Assembly: GCF_006345805.1 (NCBI RefSeq)
Contig: NC_043015.1
Location: 12,710,001 to 12,774,000 of the forward strand
Direction: 5' to 3'
Source of the DNA: Octopus sinensis
Lineage: Eukaryota
DNA: 64,000 nt
Of the stretch, positions 1-12,163 are shown in pieces. The stretch's first letter is position 1. Every line of letters starts with the position of its first letter. The notes under the pieces are model-generated. The model had not been told where the DNA came from. It searched no databases and was given only the letters and a program-made list of their open reading frames with translations. The translations under genes and the position numbers were made by a program.

Positions 1-648
1 TTTGTATGTTCACAATCAATTTTGATAACTAATTGCATAAAAGCCTCTATCTAGTCAACCACCTTGCTAGAAATCCTAACTAAATTCATTCAATCCTCAC
101 CCTATTACCTTGAAAAGAAAAGTCAGGATACACTGGCTAATGTAGTCTTTGATATACAAAAAGACAGTCACAACTGGAAAAACTTTTAACCATAAGATTG
201 CTGAATTAAGGATTGACCTGGGACTATCAAAATCATCTAATATCTATTTTCCATGACGGTATGGGTTGGATGGTTTGACAGATCTTGATGAGCTGCAGAG
301 TCACATCAGGCCCCAGTTGACATTGTTTCTACAGAGCGATGCTCTTCCTAATGCTAACCACAGATGGTAGCGGCAAGGTGCCAGAGCGCACTCTCAAGGT
401 ACTAGAAGGTGATTATAAGGGAGAATATAGATTGTGGATCAGGAAGGAAGGAAGGAAAGGATGGGTACTTTCATAACAATAATACTAAGAAATGATTATG
501 AGTTGTAATTGCTTGATAACTGACTTGATCTAAAATGTGTCAGAGGTGAAACATCAGAGGAATCATGCTAGCCTTTTAAAACATGCATATACTGTTACAT
601 TAATTTCATTTTACATTGATACATAATAATATATTTTTCTTTTGTGTT

Positions 649-1730
649 TTAGCTACCATGTCCAGAATATAGGACATAGGCAATCATGCCTTGCCACAAT
701 TCTCTGTTCCTTGCTTTCTGTAACAGTTCCACTTCCTGATGTTTAATGCCTCTTTCTCCCAAACATTTTGTCAAGCTTGACATCCATATCATCCTACTCC
801 TTCCTCTGCTTCTTTCCCCTTCAATCTTTCTGGTCGTCGCTAAATTCTCCAGGCTCTCTTTCTTCATCATACGACCAGGAAATCTCCATTGCATATCTCT
901 TATCTCATGAAGCAGTTTCCTATTTACCGCAGCCTGGGTCATCAATTTTTCATTAGACACCTTTTCTGTCCATGTTCTCCTCAATACTCTCCTTCAGAAC
1001 CACATTTCACAACTCTCCAAGTACTTTCTCATTCCTGATGTTATAGACTTTGTCTCACTTCCATACGTTGACACAGAGTAGACATAGCAATTTAATATGC
1101 AGATCCTGGTATTGATGTTCAGAGTATGGTTTCTCAAGATGTTATACAATACTTAGAATGCAGATTTTGCCAGCACTATTTGCATTTTGATCTCTTTCAC
1201 ATATCTTCAAATCTTTTTGAAGGTAGTTGAAAGATGATACCTGCTTAATGATTTAGTTGTTCCCTTTCAGCATGCACTTTGAGTTTCCCTTGCTCCCACT
1301 GCTCCTGATTTCTTCAGGAGTGCAATAAAGACAGATTTACCCAGATCTTCTGGAAATTTCCCATCTTCATAGATCTTGCATATTATATCTGTCAGTTTTC
1401 TAATTCCATAATCCTCTAATGCTTTGTTCATCTCAATGACAATTCCATCTGGCCCAACAGCTTTGTTTTTTCCCTTTCATCATTTTGATGACTGCCTGTA
1501 CTTCAGATGGCAGGATCTTTGGACCCTCATAAGGGTCAGGCAAACCAGACAAGGTTGCTCTTGCATCATGAAATAAATTTCCTATACACTCTATTTATTG
1601 CAAATGTCAATCTTCTCAATCAGCATGGTATCATCCTTTGCTCTGATATACCCAGAATCTGAGCATCCTGACTTTCTGCCAGAAATCACATTTATCTTCT
1701 GATGTACTTTGTAGCCTACTGGTAGAATAC
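649..1730 (-). mobile_element. Decayed RTE-clade LINE, RT region to C-terminus, with internal deletions
   Basis: ORF 649..984 (KIEGERSRGRSRMIW...LWQGMIAYVL) resembles the RTE C-terminus. AVGPDGIVIEM / KFPEDLGKSVFIAL-like motifs at about 1300-1480. Confidence 0.75.
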
Positions 1731-1746
1731 AAAGTATGTTAGTAGA

Positions 1747-1779
<33 letters not shown>

Positions 1780-1879
1780 TTTTTTTCTGCCTTTAACCCT
1801 CCAACGCGGAGTATAGGCCACTTATAATTGAATTCCATGTCGCAAAATTTTTCGCTTCTGTACTTATATTCTGCCATGA

Positions 1880-2325
1880 ATGTCCCCCTTTCTCTAGTTC
1901 CTTTTGTGTTGATCTCCACCACGAGTTCTTAGGCCTACCTCTCCTTCTATATACATCCAGATTCCAATGTAAAGCACTTTTCGCTACATTTGGTGTGTCT
2001 TTTCTAATTGTGCTACCAATCCACTTCCACTTTTTTTTAATATTTGCTCCCTAATCGAAACTTGATTTGTTCTTTGCCATAGCTCCATATTGCTTATGTG
2101 TTTAGGCCATCTAATTTTAAGTATACTACACAAGCATCTGTTGATGAATGATTCTATTTGCTTATTTGACTTAACTGTTGTTCGCCATGTCTCAGCCCCA
2201 TACAATAACACAGCTTTTACGTTAGTGTTAAAAATTCTTATTTTGTTCTTTATTGAAATTACACTTGTGCTCCATATTTTTTTTAACAGATGAAAAGCAA
2301 TCCTTGCCTTACTTATTCTCGTCAA
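1880..2325 (-). mobile_element. RTE LINE fragment (post-RT region)
   Basis: ORF 1984..2325: RISKARIAF...KIRIFNTNVKAVLLYGAETW...RCLCSILKIRW. Confidence 0.8.
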
Positions 2326-2371
2326 AAAAGTCCAATAGAATAAGCACTAGTATATAATATATGATCAGAAT

Positions 2372-2730
2372 CGTAATCGATCAATGGAAATTGCAGATGT
2401 GTTACCAGTGCCGGTGGCATGTAAGAGAACCTTCCGTTTCGCGACCGTTGCCAGCGCCGCCCTGACTGGACTCGTGCCGGTGGCACATAAAAAGCACCAT
2501 CCGTTCGTGGCCGTTTGCCAGCTCTGTCTGGCACCTGTGCGGGTGGCACGTAAAAAGCACCCACTACACTCACGGAGTGGTTGGCGTTAGGAAGGGCATC
2601 CAGCCGTAGAAACACTGCCAGATTTGACTGGGCCTGATGAAGCCTTCTGGCTTCACAGACCCCAGTAGAACCGTCCAACCCATGCTAGCATGGAAAACGG
2701 ACGCTAAACGATGATGATGATGATGATGAT
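2372..2730 (+). mobile_element. 3' end of an abundant LINE (RTE-like) ending in (GAT)n
   Basis: GGCGTTAGGAAGGGCATCCAGCCGTAGAAAC core and GAT tail; the same sequence follows a LINE ORF end at 9345-10292. Confidence 0.8.
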
Positions 2731-3199
2731 ATACTATGTCAAAAAAATGTATCATCTATACCCTGTAACTACAACATTTGTTGAAGTTAGTTGGCTAGTT
2801 CTCATAGGCTGTGGGGGTAATTTGAATGTTCAAAAGTATCATAAACTAATTAGTAAATTAAATGAGAATATATCAATATATATATTTAATTTTTTTTATT
2901 TCCAGTGCCAAGGAAAGGTTACTGATACTATTTATGTAATATTTCTAAATCAGATGAATCAATAAATTCAATTGTATGTCTCTTTGTGGTCTAGAAATTT
3001 TGAGATGATTCAGTAATATTTGATAAACTATGGCACCAGTATTTGTGCAACTTTTTCATTTTTTTAAAATTTTTTATTTTTTTTAGTAGATAAGGTTATT
3101 GAACAAACTAAATAAATAGCTATCCATGGAGTTGATTGAATGATTCAGATTTTGGACATTAGAGTGAATATATGCTTTTCTACTCTAGACACAAAGCTC

Positions 3200-3384
3200 G
3201 AAATTTTGAGGGGGGGGGGGCAATCAATTAGATCGACTCCAGTATGCAACTCGTACTTAATTTATCAACCCAAAAGGATGAAAGGCAAAGTCGACCTGGC
3301 GGAATTTGAAGTCCAAACATAAAGACATGAAATACCGCTAAGCATTTCACCCAGTATACTAACATTTTTGCCAGCTCTCTACCT
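3200..3384 (-). mobile_element. tRNA-derived SINE, family A
   Basis: GTCGACTTTGCCTTTCATCCTTT core on the minus strand; homologous copies at 15705-15880 (+), 18712-18943 (-) and 59625-59720 (-). Confidence 0.75.
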
Positions 3385-3399
3385 TAGTACAGTGAATAT

Positions 3400-4400
3400 A
3401 TGACCTTCTTAAAGATTAACTACATCATTTCATCCTTGGGCTGCTTGTACTTTATTTTTGCACAATTGATCCTCAGGCTGACTGCCAAACTGCAGGTATT
3501 CAGCTTGAACAGCATGGTCTGTAACTGCCCATGTGATGAGTGTAATATCATGTGCAAACCAGAGGTGGGTGAGCAGCTCACTAGTGATTTACATGTCACT
3601 GCTACAGCCAATTTCTCTGGTGATCATTTCAAAACATGCTGCGATGAGTTTCAGAGATGATATCTCCTTGTATGACTTCCTTCTCAACTGAGACACATAC
3701 AGGTGATGATAATAAGGCCATGTCTGTAGGGCATTCCAAATTTGTCACTCTAAGGAGATTCATGTATTGTGCTGCAACATCTTGCTTCGCGAAGCTGAAG
3801 ATCTTTTTATAGTCAATGAATACGACAAACAGAGGCAACCAGTGTTCTTTCACTTGCTCCAACAACTGTATCAGAATGAATGTGTAATCCATTGTGTTGA
3901 AGTTCTTTCTAAATCCTGCCTGTTCTCTTGACTGTTGTTCATCAAACTATTGCAATAATAAGCATACAATTATCTTCATAAACAGATTGTATATGTGAGA
4001 CAGGAGATATATTGGGTGATAGTTCCTGAAATCACCCTTCTTGTACAACAGGATGGTGTTCTATTCTTTCCATTAAGAGGGTATATGACCTTCTCTTACG
4101 TAGTGATTGAAACATAGAGCAATATGTTATACCATCCTTGCCCAGTGCTTTACCCTTTTTCAACCTCTCTCATCAAAACAGATGGTACTTCTTGTACTCT
4201 CTATGACAATAGAGGATGACTGCCACAGTAGATTTTAAGATATTGGTGTAGAAGGTTTGGCAAATCTCCATTTCCTCCTTTCCATTCACTTCAGTGCTCA
4301 CCACATGTCATACTTCATTGACTTGATGTGGCACATTGGCTATGGTGGTTGGGTATATGTACATACACCCTGGCAGTCCAACCTAGCCACAAAGGCACCA
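3400..4400 (-). mobile_element. Decayed RTE LINE reverse transcriptase fragment
   Basis: DYTFILIQLLE...FIDYKK...EKEVIQGDIIS and LQTMLFKLN...LRINCAK resemble RTE RT motifs. Confidence 0.7.
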
Positions 4401-4599
4401 AACTAACAACCATGCTGATGGACTGCTTTTGCTAAAGTAGGTATAAAGAGTATTCTGTAGAGGCTGAAGTTAAACTGAAGAGGTGAATGGCCTGCCTGCT
4501 TTGCCAGTGGGGTGGCATCATTTAATGGCTCAAACAGCATTAGGAAATGGGCCACAGTCCCTTGTGCACCAATCAAACAGTGAGAGGATGCTAAAAGTC

Positions 4600-5270
4600 T
4601 CTGGTGCCCAAAAGCAGCCACAGAAAAGGACTAACCTTATATGTACCTATAACTGTAGAACTTTAGTACAGATGACTGAACTGAACCACCCGATGGAAGA
4701 GAAGGTTAAGATCAAGTGTGATGTGTTAGGACTTTGTGAAATGTGTCAGAGAAATCAGTTGAATGCAAAATGGAAGTATTGTGAGACTGGGATATGCAGA
4801 AGGTCCTCAAGCAGTCAGAGGCATCGGGTTCATTGTCAGCAAGGAATGGGCTGATAAGATTCAGAATAAGAGTGCTAAATGTTCAACTCCAGAAAGTCAA
4901 CTACAAAGATAGTGAAAGCCTACGTTCCCACCAGTATCACCAATGACAATGTTGTGGAAGATTTTTATGATGAGCTGGAACAAGTTCTAGTTGCTAATTC
5001 CACATACACTGCCGCGATGAGAGACCTCAATGCAAAAGTGAGCAAAGGACGACAAGATGAACAATATGTGGGAAGATTCAGGCTCGGAAGTGGAATGAGA
5101 CAAGAGAGCATTTAGACCATGGCAGAGGTGAAAAGGCTGTACATTGGGCACAGCCCACTCAAGAAGATGGAGAAGAGCTGGAACTGGACCTGGGTAGCAT
5201 CAAATGCAAAAGACCAAAAGATCGACTACATCCTGATCAATAAATGACGCATATTACAAGATGTCTTAAT
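4600..5270 (+). mobile_element. Decayed RTE LINE APE-endonuclease fragment
   Basis: ICTYNCRTL...DVLGLCE; KAYVPTS...EDFYDELEQVL...DLNAKV; IDYILI. Confidence 0.7.
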
Positions 5271-5939
5271 TACATAAACTAGAATCTCTTTTTAGAGCAC
5301 AAGAAAAAAAAAACCTTCAACCCCCAATCAGTTGATAAAATTCTATAAAGTTCATCTATGAACCTCACTGGAATATTTTTCACATGTCAAGACAGTGCTG
5401 ATTCTATGCACACACCAATATCCAAAAGAAAACTTCTCAATTGAATTGCAAAAGTTTGCCATGCTGTTTCTTCAGACGACCATCTCTACCAATTGCAAGT
5501 TTCTTCTCTCCTGAACTAGTTAGCTATACATCTTATCTACCTAAAACCCACCTAGGCAACTGGTCTGTCTTCAAAGATTCTTCCTTGACCATTTTACCCA
5601 ATCCACCTCTTCCTCTTCTTGTATGTACCTCTGGAATTTTAAACTAGCCCATCTTTCTGCAAACGTCAGAATATAGTGTTTAGGTCTATATTGTGTTCTG
5701 TTCATCTATTTACGTTCTTATCTAACATCAACCGCCAATGTTTAAAATGAACATTAACCGCAAACCTCACCAGTTTGGAAAGACTTCTCTTGATGAACAT
5801 ATTACATAAAATAACAATTAAAAAACATGCTGACACGTTCAGCATAACGTAACAATAATATTACTATATTAAGAATATTCTAAAATCTTGCCTACTTTGA
5901 GGGATCATAAAACATACACACAAAAATATCAACAGCCAC

Positions 5940-7750
5940 ATTCAGCCCAATTCAAAATCAGGCGAAAGTAAAGAATACGCACACCCGATGTTTAGGGTTA
6001 GGGTTTTTGTTACCCCAAAAACGAATGGTGTGTGTGTTCTTTACCTCCGCCCAAAGTCGTTCATCAGACAACTAATTCTAATAAAATGCGAGTCAACAAA
6101 TTAAAACTACAGTTGGCATTCTACCGAAAGAATTCCTTACTGTTTTTAAAAGTTGATGTGAAATCTCGACGAATTGTGGTTAAAATTCATTTTCCTTTTA
6201 AATCTAAAAGATTTCTTGGCGTAGATCGTAAGTATAATATGAAGGTTAGATCATTGAACATTACCGTGGTATCCTGTGGATTAATTATGTTGTTTTTTTT
6301 TAATCTCAAGAAGGCACAAAACTTTGCGTATGATGCAGTGAATGAGAATATATGACCTTCGTACATTTTACAACAGCAAAAGTGATAAGAAGAGCAATGG
6401 CCACAATCGGGAAGAGAAACTATGTCGCGGACTTAAAATGACTCATTATAAAAATATTCAGTTAGGAAAATATATATAAACATATGACGACAATCTTTGG
6501 TATACAAGAAGGTTATTTTGAGAAGATATGAAGACGAGTTGAATAAATCAACATTTTTAAAATTGTGGTCACCCATATTACAAAAATCAAGGAAAGAAAT
6601 GTAAAATCAGAACTGGAAATGAGTGTCAAGGGAAGGGAGTTAATGGAAATCCGCGCTAATTGTCTTTCGTCGTTTGGTGTAGGATTTCTCAGTTCCATGG
6701 TGGAAAAGTCATTTGAAATAAATAAAATGAAAACAATCTTCAAGATGTACAAAAGTGTCCTTAAACTCGGAAAAACAAGGCATATAGCTTTAAAAATAAA
6801 CTAATCACTCAAAAGTAGGCATATACCGTACCGTCCCATACCTTATTTGATATAATAGGATATAAAAGCCCTAAAAAGTTTCATGACTGCGTTTAGTAGT
6901 ACACAGGACAATTTTTTCACTACAAACAAATGACACTTAGTGTGGAATAGAGAAACCGTGTCTTGAATTGTCTTCTTTATTTACAAGTAATAAACAGTGT
7001 TTTAAATATTACACATTAGACACTAAAACAAACGAAATAAAATATTTTGATAAAATTTAAACAAGGTAAACAATGAAGAACTGTGAAAAACTAAAATATA
7101 TATCCATAAATATTGAAGGGATTTCAACAAGTTGACGAAACAGTTATATGGGAGCAACGATTTAACCGTAAACAACGTTAAATAGATCATTTGATAGCAG
7201 ATGAAAGAAGTTCATTTACAAGTTATCAGCTTTTCTTCTGTCGTTCACTAGAAAAACACTTACCTGCATTACATCTTGAAGAAGTGAAGATATATAAGAA
7301 AAGCAATAACCATCGTAAATCCAACAGGTGTGTCGCCATCTTTACATTTAATAAGGTCAATTTTTCTCGATCAGGTAAGGCTAGAAAGGTAAGTGGTTTT
7401 ACACCTGTGCTGCCACCTATCTAGGTAATCAACAGTCACACCTTGTGTGACGGCAGTCGAAGCCGTATGAAATTGTAACTCTGTTCGTCTTTATTTACAA
7501 AAATTGATTGCTTTTATTAGGACACATCATGTGAAATATGCATGCTATTTGTTTGTTGTAACCAACAGATAATGTCGCGCACGTACCAAATAGAAACCGG
7601 TTTATTAACTGACTGCCATTACATTGATTGAAAAGTGCTAATTAAGAAACCGTTCTTTCCTAACGATAAAACATTTTTTGAAACAGGTTTGACGTTACAT
7701 GGTGCCGTGTGGTGACGGGGTGTCCTGGATCCAAAGAGACGAACTCAATA
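5940..7750 (-). promoter_or_regulatory. CpG-retaining promoter / first-intron region of the signal-peptide gene, with a YY1-type CGCCATCTT motif over the ATG
   Basis: CpG dinucleotides are visibly dense here compared with most unique sequence in the window. CGCCATCTT at 7334-7342; inverted repeat GTCACAC-ctt-GTGTGAC near 7435-7451. Confidence 0.5.
7264..7339 (-). CDS. First coding exon of an unidentified secreted or membrane protein: MATHLLDLRWLLLFLYIFTSSRCNA(G), signal peptide
   Basis: ATG in AAGATGGCG context; 25 codons plus 1 nt, then GCAG|gtaagtg. Basic n-region, hydrophobic core WLLLFLYIF, C-x-A cleavage motif and phase-1 intron. Surrounded by CpG-retaining sequence. Confidence 0.72.
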
Positions 7751-8540
7751 TCTCGTGTGACCACTGTTAGCGTTGATTACCGCCAGACATCTTCTGTACA
7801 TTGAATGCACTAAGCGATTGATGAAGGCCATTGGGATAGTAGCCCACACTCTGTTAAAACTTGCAGTGAGCTGTGCCGCAGTTTTTGGCGTTAAACGGAT
7901 ATCATTTAGCCTTCTTTGGATTTCGTCCCACAGGTGTTCTATGGGGTTCAAGTCCGGACTTTGGGCAGGCCATGGCAGTGTCTGGATGTTGTGCTGTTGG
8001 AAGAAGCCTGTTGCCAACCTGGTAGTGTGGGCACAGGCGTTGTCATATTGGAATACGTGATTCCAATGGTGGGCAAAGAATGGTGCAATGTGAGGTTCAA
8101 CACTTGATTGATGTAGTGAGCAGCAGTTAGTCCATTGCCCCGGCCTTGGATGATATTTTGGGACACCACTGGTCCAAGTTCCCAGTTGAGTGCTATCCTG
8201 CCCCATATCATAATGCTCTGTTTTCCCCATGAGTCTCTCGCCACCACACAGCTATTGGCATGGTGTTCACCTCTTCATCTCCAAACCTTAGCTCTGCCAT
8301 CTGCCACAGAAATGCAATTTTGACTTTTGTCAGAGAAGATTACGGTCCTTTACTGCTGATATCACCAGTTCTGACATTTTTGAGCCTACTGCAGATGTGC
8401 CTGTCGATAATGATCTGTGAGGATGGGGCCTCTAGCTGGATGGCAACTAGACAGATTGAAAGATCTCAGCTAGCAGCAATCTGTCTCTGCACAAATGGGT
8501 CTGTGGTGAGTCCGTATGGTTTGCCTAGCTGATTCTGTTG
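7745..8540 (-). mobile_element. Tc1-family transposase relic (frameshifted, premature stops)
   Basis: VIFSDKS, SIMIWG, FQYDNACAH and WPAQSPDLNPIEHLWD motifs spread over three frames; TIRs could not be fixed. Confidence 0.85.
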
Positions 8541-8739
8541 CCCTCCCTTCACAAATACTCATTGGACACAGAATTTGTGTCATTAGCCAGCTGGAATAGA
8601 TGTCTTCCTGGGTCTATAAACGTCAATAGCATAGTCCTTTATAGGACACCACACTTGGCTGGCAATTATACGTTACGATTCCGTATTGCTACTGTTTATA
8701 TCTCACTCATAGGTTTAAAATAGCCTATATATATGGAGG

Positions 8740-9330
8740 TTATGAAAGGTAATGGTGTCAATAAGACCCAAAGGTGTCAGATAATGCTGAGTAAGTGCTT
8801 TGGACAGGCTATAGTTAAGCTCCAGGTTTGGTGATTATGCGAATAAGGAGTCCAAGGTAGGTCATATATCAGCATGTGTATATATAAAAAAATATTTTTT
8901 CAGAATGAGATAAAAATCCAAGGCTGTGAAGATTTTAGAACATTTATAAATAGAAGGTCTTACAGCTGTTTCCGGGATATTTTTGATATCCCTTCATCGG
9001 AGATGGTGTGAGAAAGTGGTTAAGCAATAGTTATATCCCTTCATCGGAGATGATGTGAGAAAATGGTTAAGCTATAGTTCATTTAGATAAGATATGAAAT
9101 AGAGAGTAAAGTTGAGGAATGAAAATAGATGTGAGATATGTATATATATATATATATATACAGGGGTTTAGTTCACAGGTGATGTAAATGGATAGGTATG
9201 CTGGTTAAGTGCTGTAACAGATTACCAGGGTTCCAAGCTCATAACCGAGACAGGAGTTATGGAACTATTGTAGATTTCCAATATAGTGGATATAAATTTG
9301 TTAAAAAGGAAAACAAACACCAAGGCAAGA
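8740..9330 (-). mobile_element. Possible Penelope-like element remnant containing a tandem duplication of about 46 bp (8985-9080)
   Basis: Duplicated ATATCCCTTCATCGGAGATG...GGTTAAGC is directly visible; only weak KPELN-like similarity supports the family call. Confidence 0.3.
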
Positions 9331-9344
9331 CATCTCAAGTCTAG

Positions 9345-10292
9345 TTCAAAGTGAAAGGTAAGACTATATGATTCATGTGTGCAAACAGTCATGCTACATG
9401 GCAGTGAAACATGGGCTGTGAATGCTGAGAAATGCGTAAGCTTGCAAAAAATGAAACTAGTATTCTCTGTTGGATGTGTAATGTCTGTGTGTATACATGG
9501 TCGTGTGTAAGTGTCCTGAGAGAAAAGTTGGAAGCATCAGATGTGGTGTGCAAGAGAGACGACTGTGCTAGTGTGGTCATGTATTGTGTACAGATGAGGA
9601 CAGCTGTGTGAAAAAGTGTCACACCCTAACAGTGGAGGGGACTTGTGGAAGAGGTAAGCCCATGGAGACTTGGGATGAGGTGATGAAGCACGACCTTTGA
9701 ACGTTGGGTCTCATAGAGGCAATGACAAGTGACTGAGACCTTTGGAGATATGCTGTGCTTGAGAAGACCCGGCAAGCCAAGGGAGACCGACCCAGCAAGC
9801 CGAATGAGACCGTAGCCGTGGCCTATGCCAGTGTCGCATAACTGGCCCATTTAAGAGTACTCTTCAATCATTGGGCAATATACTGTGCTTGAGAAGACTT
9901 ACTGAGTCAAGTGAAATCATTGTTGTGGCCGATGCCAGTACCGCCTAATTGGCACCCATACCGGTGGCACATAAAAAGCACCATTCGAGCATAGTTGATA
10001 CCAGTGTGGTTGTTGGCAGTGCTCTCTGACTGGCTCCTGTGCTGGTGGCATGTAAAAAGCACCATTCAAGTGTAGTTGATGTCAGTACCACCTGACTGGA
10101 TCCCATGCTGGTGGCACGTAAAACGCACCCACTACACTCTTAGTGTGGTTAGTGTTAGGAAGGGCATCCAGCTGTAGAAACCTTGTCAAATAAGATTGGA
10201 GCCTGGTGCAGCCTCTTGGCTTGCCAGTCTGCAGTCAAACCATCCAACCCATGCCAGCATGGAAAGCGGACATTAAACGATGATGATGATAT
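9345..10292 (+). mobile_element. 5'-truncated RTE-like LINE: ORF C-terminus, 3'UTR and (GAT)n tail
   Basis: VMLHGSETWAVNAE...ILCWMCNV...LREKL, then the 3'UTR shared with 2372-2730, 11138-11368, 43243-44017 and 51985-52352. Confidence 0.8.
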
Positions 10293-11137
10293 ATATATAA
10301 AATCTGAAATGTATAGCATTAAATATTCATCACAGCTGGTCTTATCAATCAGTTTCACATAAAGAATACAATGGAGTGTTAGGTAACAAACTGATTATAT
10401 AACTTTATGCTCATCAGAGTTAGCCCATATGGAAGGGAATATGATATATATATATATATATATAATACACACAGATAATGGATATTACACATTTATCAAA
10501 GGCTTACACATGTGATAAATATTGGAGGAGTCTAATCTCATAGTTCAATTGTATTAATCAATCAATTCAAAGTCAATCAACTAAAAAAATTGAGAACAGT
10601 CTCACATCTTTATCTTCCCCTGATCCACAATAAACTAACTGCCAAAAGAAAGGAATTTGATTAAAAAGGTTAGCATTTGAAAATTGGGTCATCTATTTTA
10701 AGCAAGTATCTGACCAGTACAACACAGGCAACAGGGAGGGAAAGCTGCAATAGCAGTAATTATCATAAAATTGTAAGTTTGACTATGAAAAAAAACTGAA
10801 ATCTGATACTTCTTGTCTCAGTTCAGGGTTGTTGCAGACAATGGTAGACACTGTATTGAGAATCACTATTAGAATAGTAGAGGGGAAGGAGTTATATATT
10901 ATGACAAAAAAAAAAAAAAAAAAGAAAGGGTGGGCAGGCAAATAGAAGACTTGCTGAATTACTTAAACAGAAAAACAACAAAAAAACTATTCACTATATA
11001 TAATGATAATCGTTTATGTATTTGTTTTGAAAAATTCTTGATGTGAAATTGTGAGTTGAAACAGATATTGATATACTTGGGGATGGTCATCTTTTGCTGA
11101 TTAAACAAATTAAACACATGCACTACTTATTTTTATC

Positions 11138-11368
11138 TCATCATCATCATCATCGTTTAGCGTCCGCTTTCCATGCTAGCATGGGTTGGACTGTTCAACT
11201 GGGGTCTGGGAAGCCAGAAGGCTGCACCAGGCCCAGTCTGATCTGGCAATGTTTCTACGGCTGGATGCCCTTCCTAACGCCAACCACTCCGTGAGTGTAG
11301 TGGGTGCTTTTTACGTGCCAGACGAGGCTGGCAAACGGTCACGATCGGATGGTGCTTGGCCGTTTGCC
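11138..11368 (-). mobile_element. LINE 3'UTR copy, reverse orientation
   Basis: (CAT)n followed by CGTTTAGCGTCCGCTTTCCATGCTAGC...GGATGCCCTTCCTAACGCCAACC. Confidence 0.8.
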
Positions 11369-11471
11369 AGCCTCGTCTGGCACCTGGCTGGCAATATTAT
11401 TATTATTATTAAGTTTATTTGTCAAATTTCTTTCGTCACTCATTTTATGACTTCTTCAATAACATTCTGTA

Positions 11472-11584
11472 CCTTGTGTCCCCTGTTCTCTCTGGTCTTG
11501 TCCTATTCATTCCATTTGGCTTTCTGTCCCTTGTGTCCCCTGTTCTCTCTGGTCTTGTCCTATTCATTCCATTTGGCTTTCTGT
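11472..11584. repeat. 57-bp tandem duplication (2 copies)
   Basis: CCTTGTGTCCCCTGTTCTCTCTGGTCTTGTCCTATTCATTCCATTTGGCTTTCTGT at 11472 and 11529. Confidence 0.9.
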
Positions 11585-11943
11585 GGTGTGTATCCCTATC
11601 TGCACATGCATTTATGTCTGTAACTATGTGTATGTGTGTGTCTTGGGTGCAAATATATGGGTTTGTATATTACAAGGTTTGCACCTATGACTCTTATTTA
11701 TTTTTTTCTTTCTCATTTTGTCTTTAGTCTGTGTGAGTGTTTTGTGTGCACGTATATGGGTTTGTATATTACAAGGTTTGTACTTGTGTCTCTTTAATTT
11801 TTTTCCCTCTCATTCTGTCTTTAGTCATCAGGTTATGTAGTGTGGTGGAATGAGGGAGTGTTATTACTCCAGTCATGTTTTCTGCTGTGGCTTGGTCATC
11901 TTCTGTTGTGTCTAGTCTCCATAATCTGAGTATCATGTCTGTT

Positions 11944-12163
11944 CTATGTACTCTTTTACATGTTTCAGTCATTTGACTGTGGCCATGCTGGAGCAACACC
12001 TTTTTAGTCGAGCAAATCGACCCCGGGACTTATTCTTTGTAAGCCTAGTACTTATTCTATCGGTCTCGTTTGCCAAACTGCTAAATTACGGGGACATAAA
12101 CACACCAGCATCGGTTGTCAAGCGATGTTGGGGGGACAAACACAGACACACAAACTATGTTAT
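11944..12163 (-). mobile_element. SINE family B, 3' half only
   Basis: CTCTTTTAC...CAGTCATTTGACTGTGGCCATGCTGGAGC...GACAAACACAGACAC. Confidence 0.8.

Noticed and set aside
5771-5788. Possible 18-nt second exon of the signal-peptide gene (caag|AGAAGTCTTTCCAAACTG|gtgagg)
   Set aside because: Good donor but weak AAG acceptor and no real pyrimidine tract; not supportable without RNA data.
5993-6006. TTAGGGTTAGGG telomere-like motif
   Set aside because: Only two units; expected by chance.
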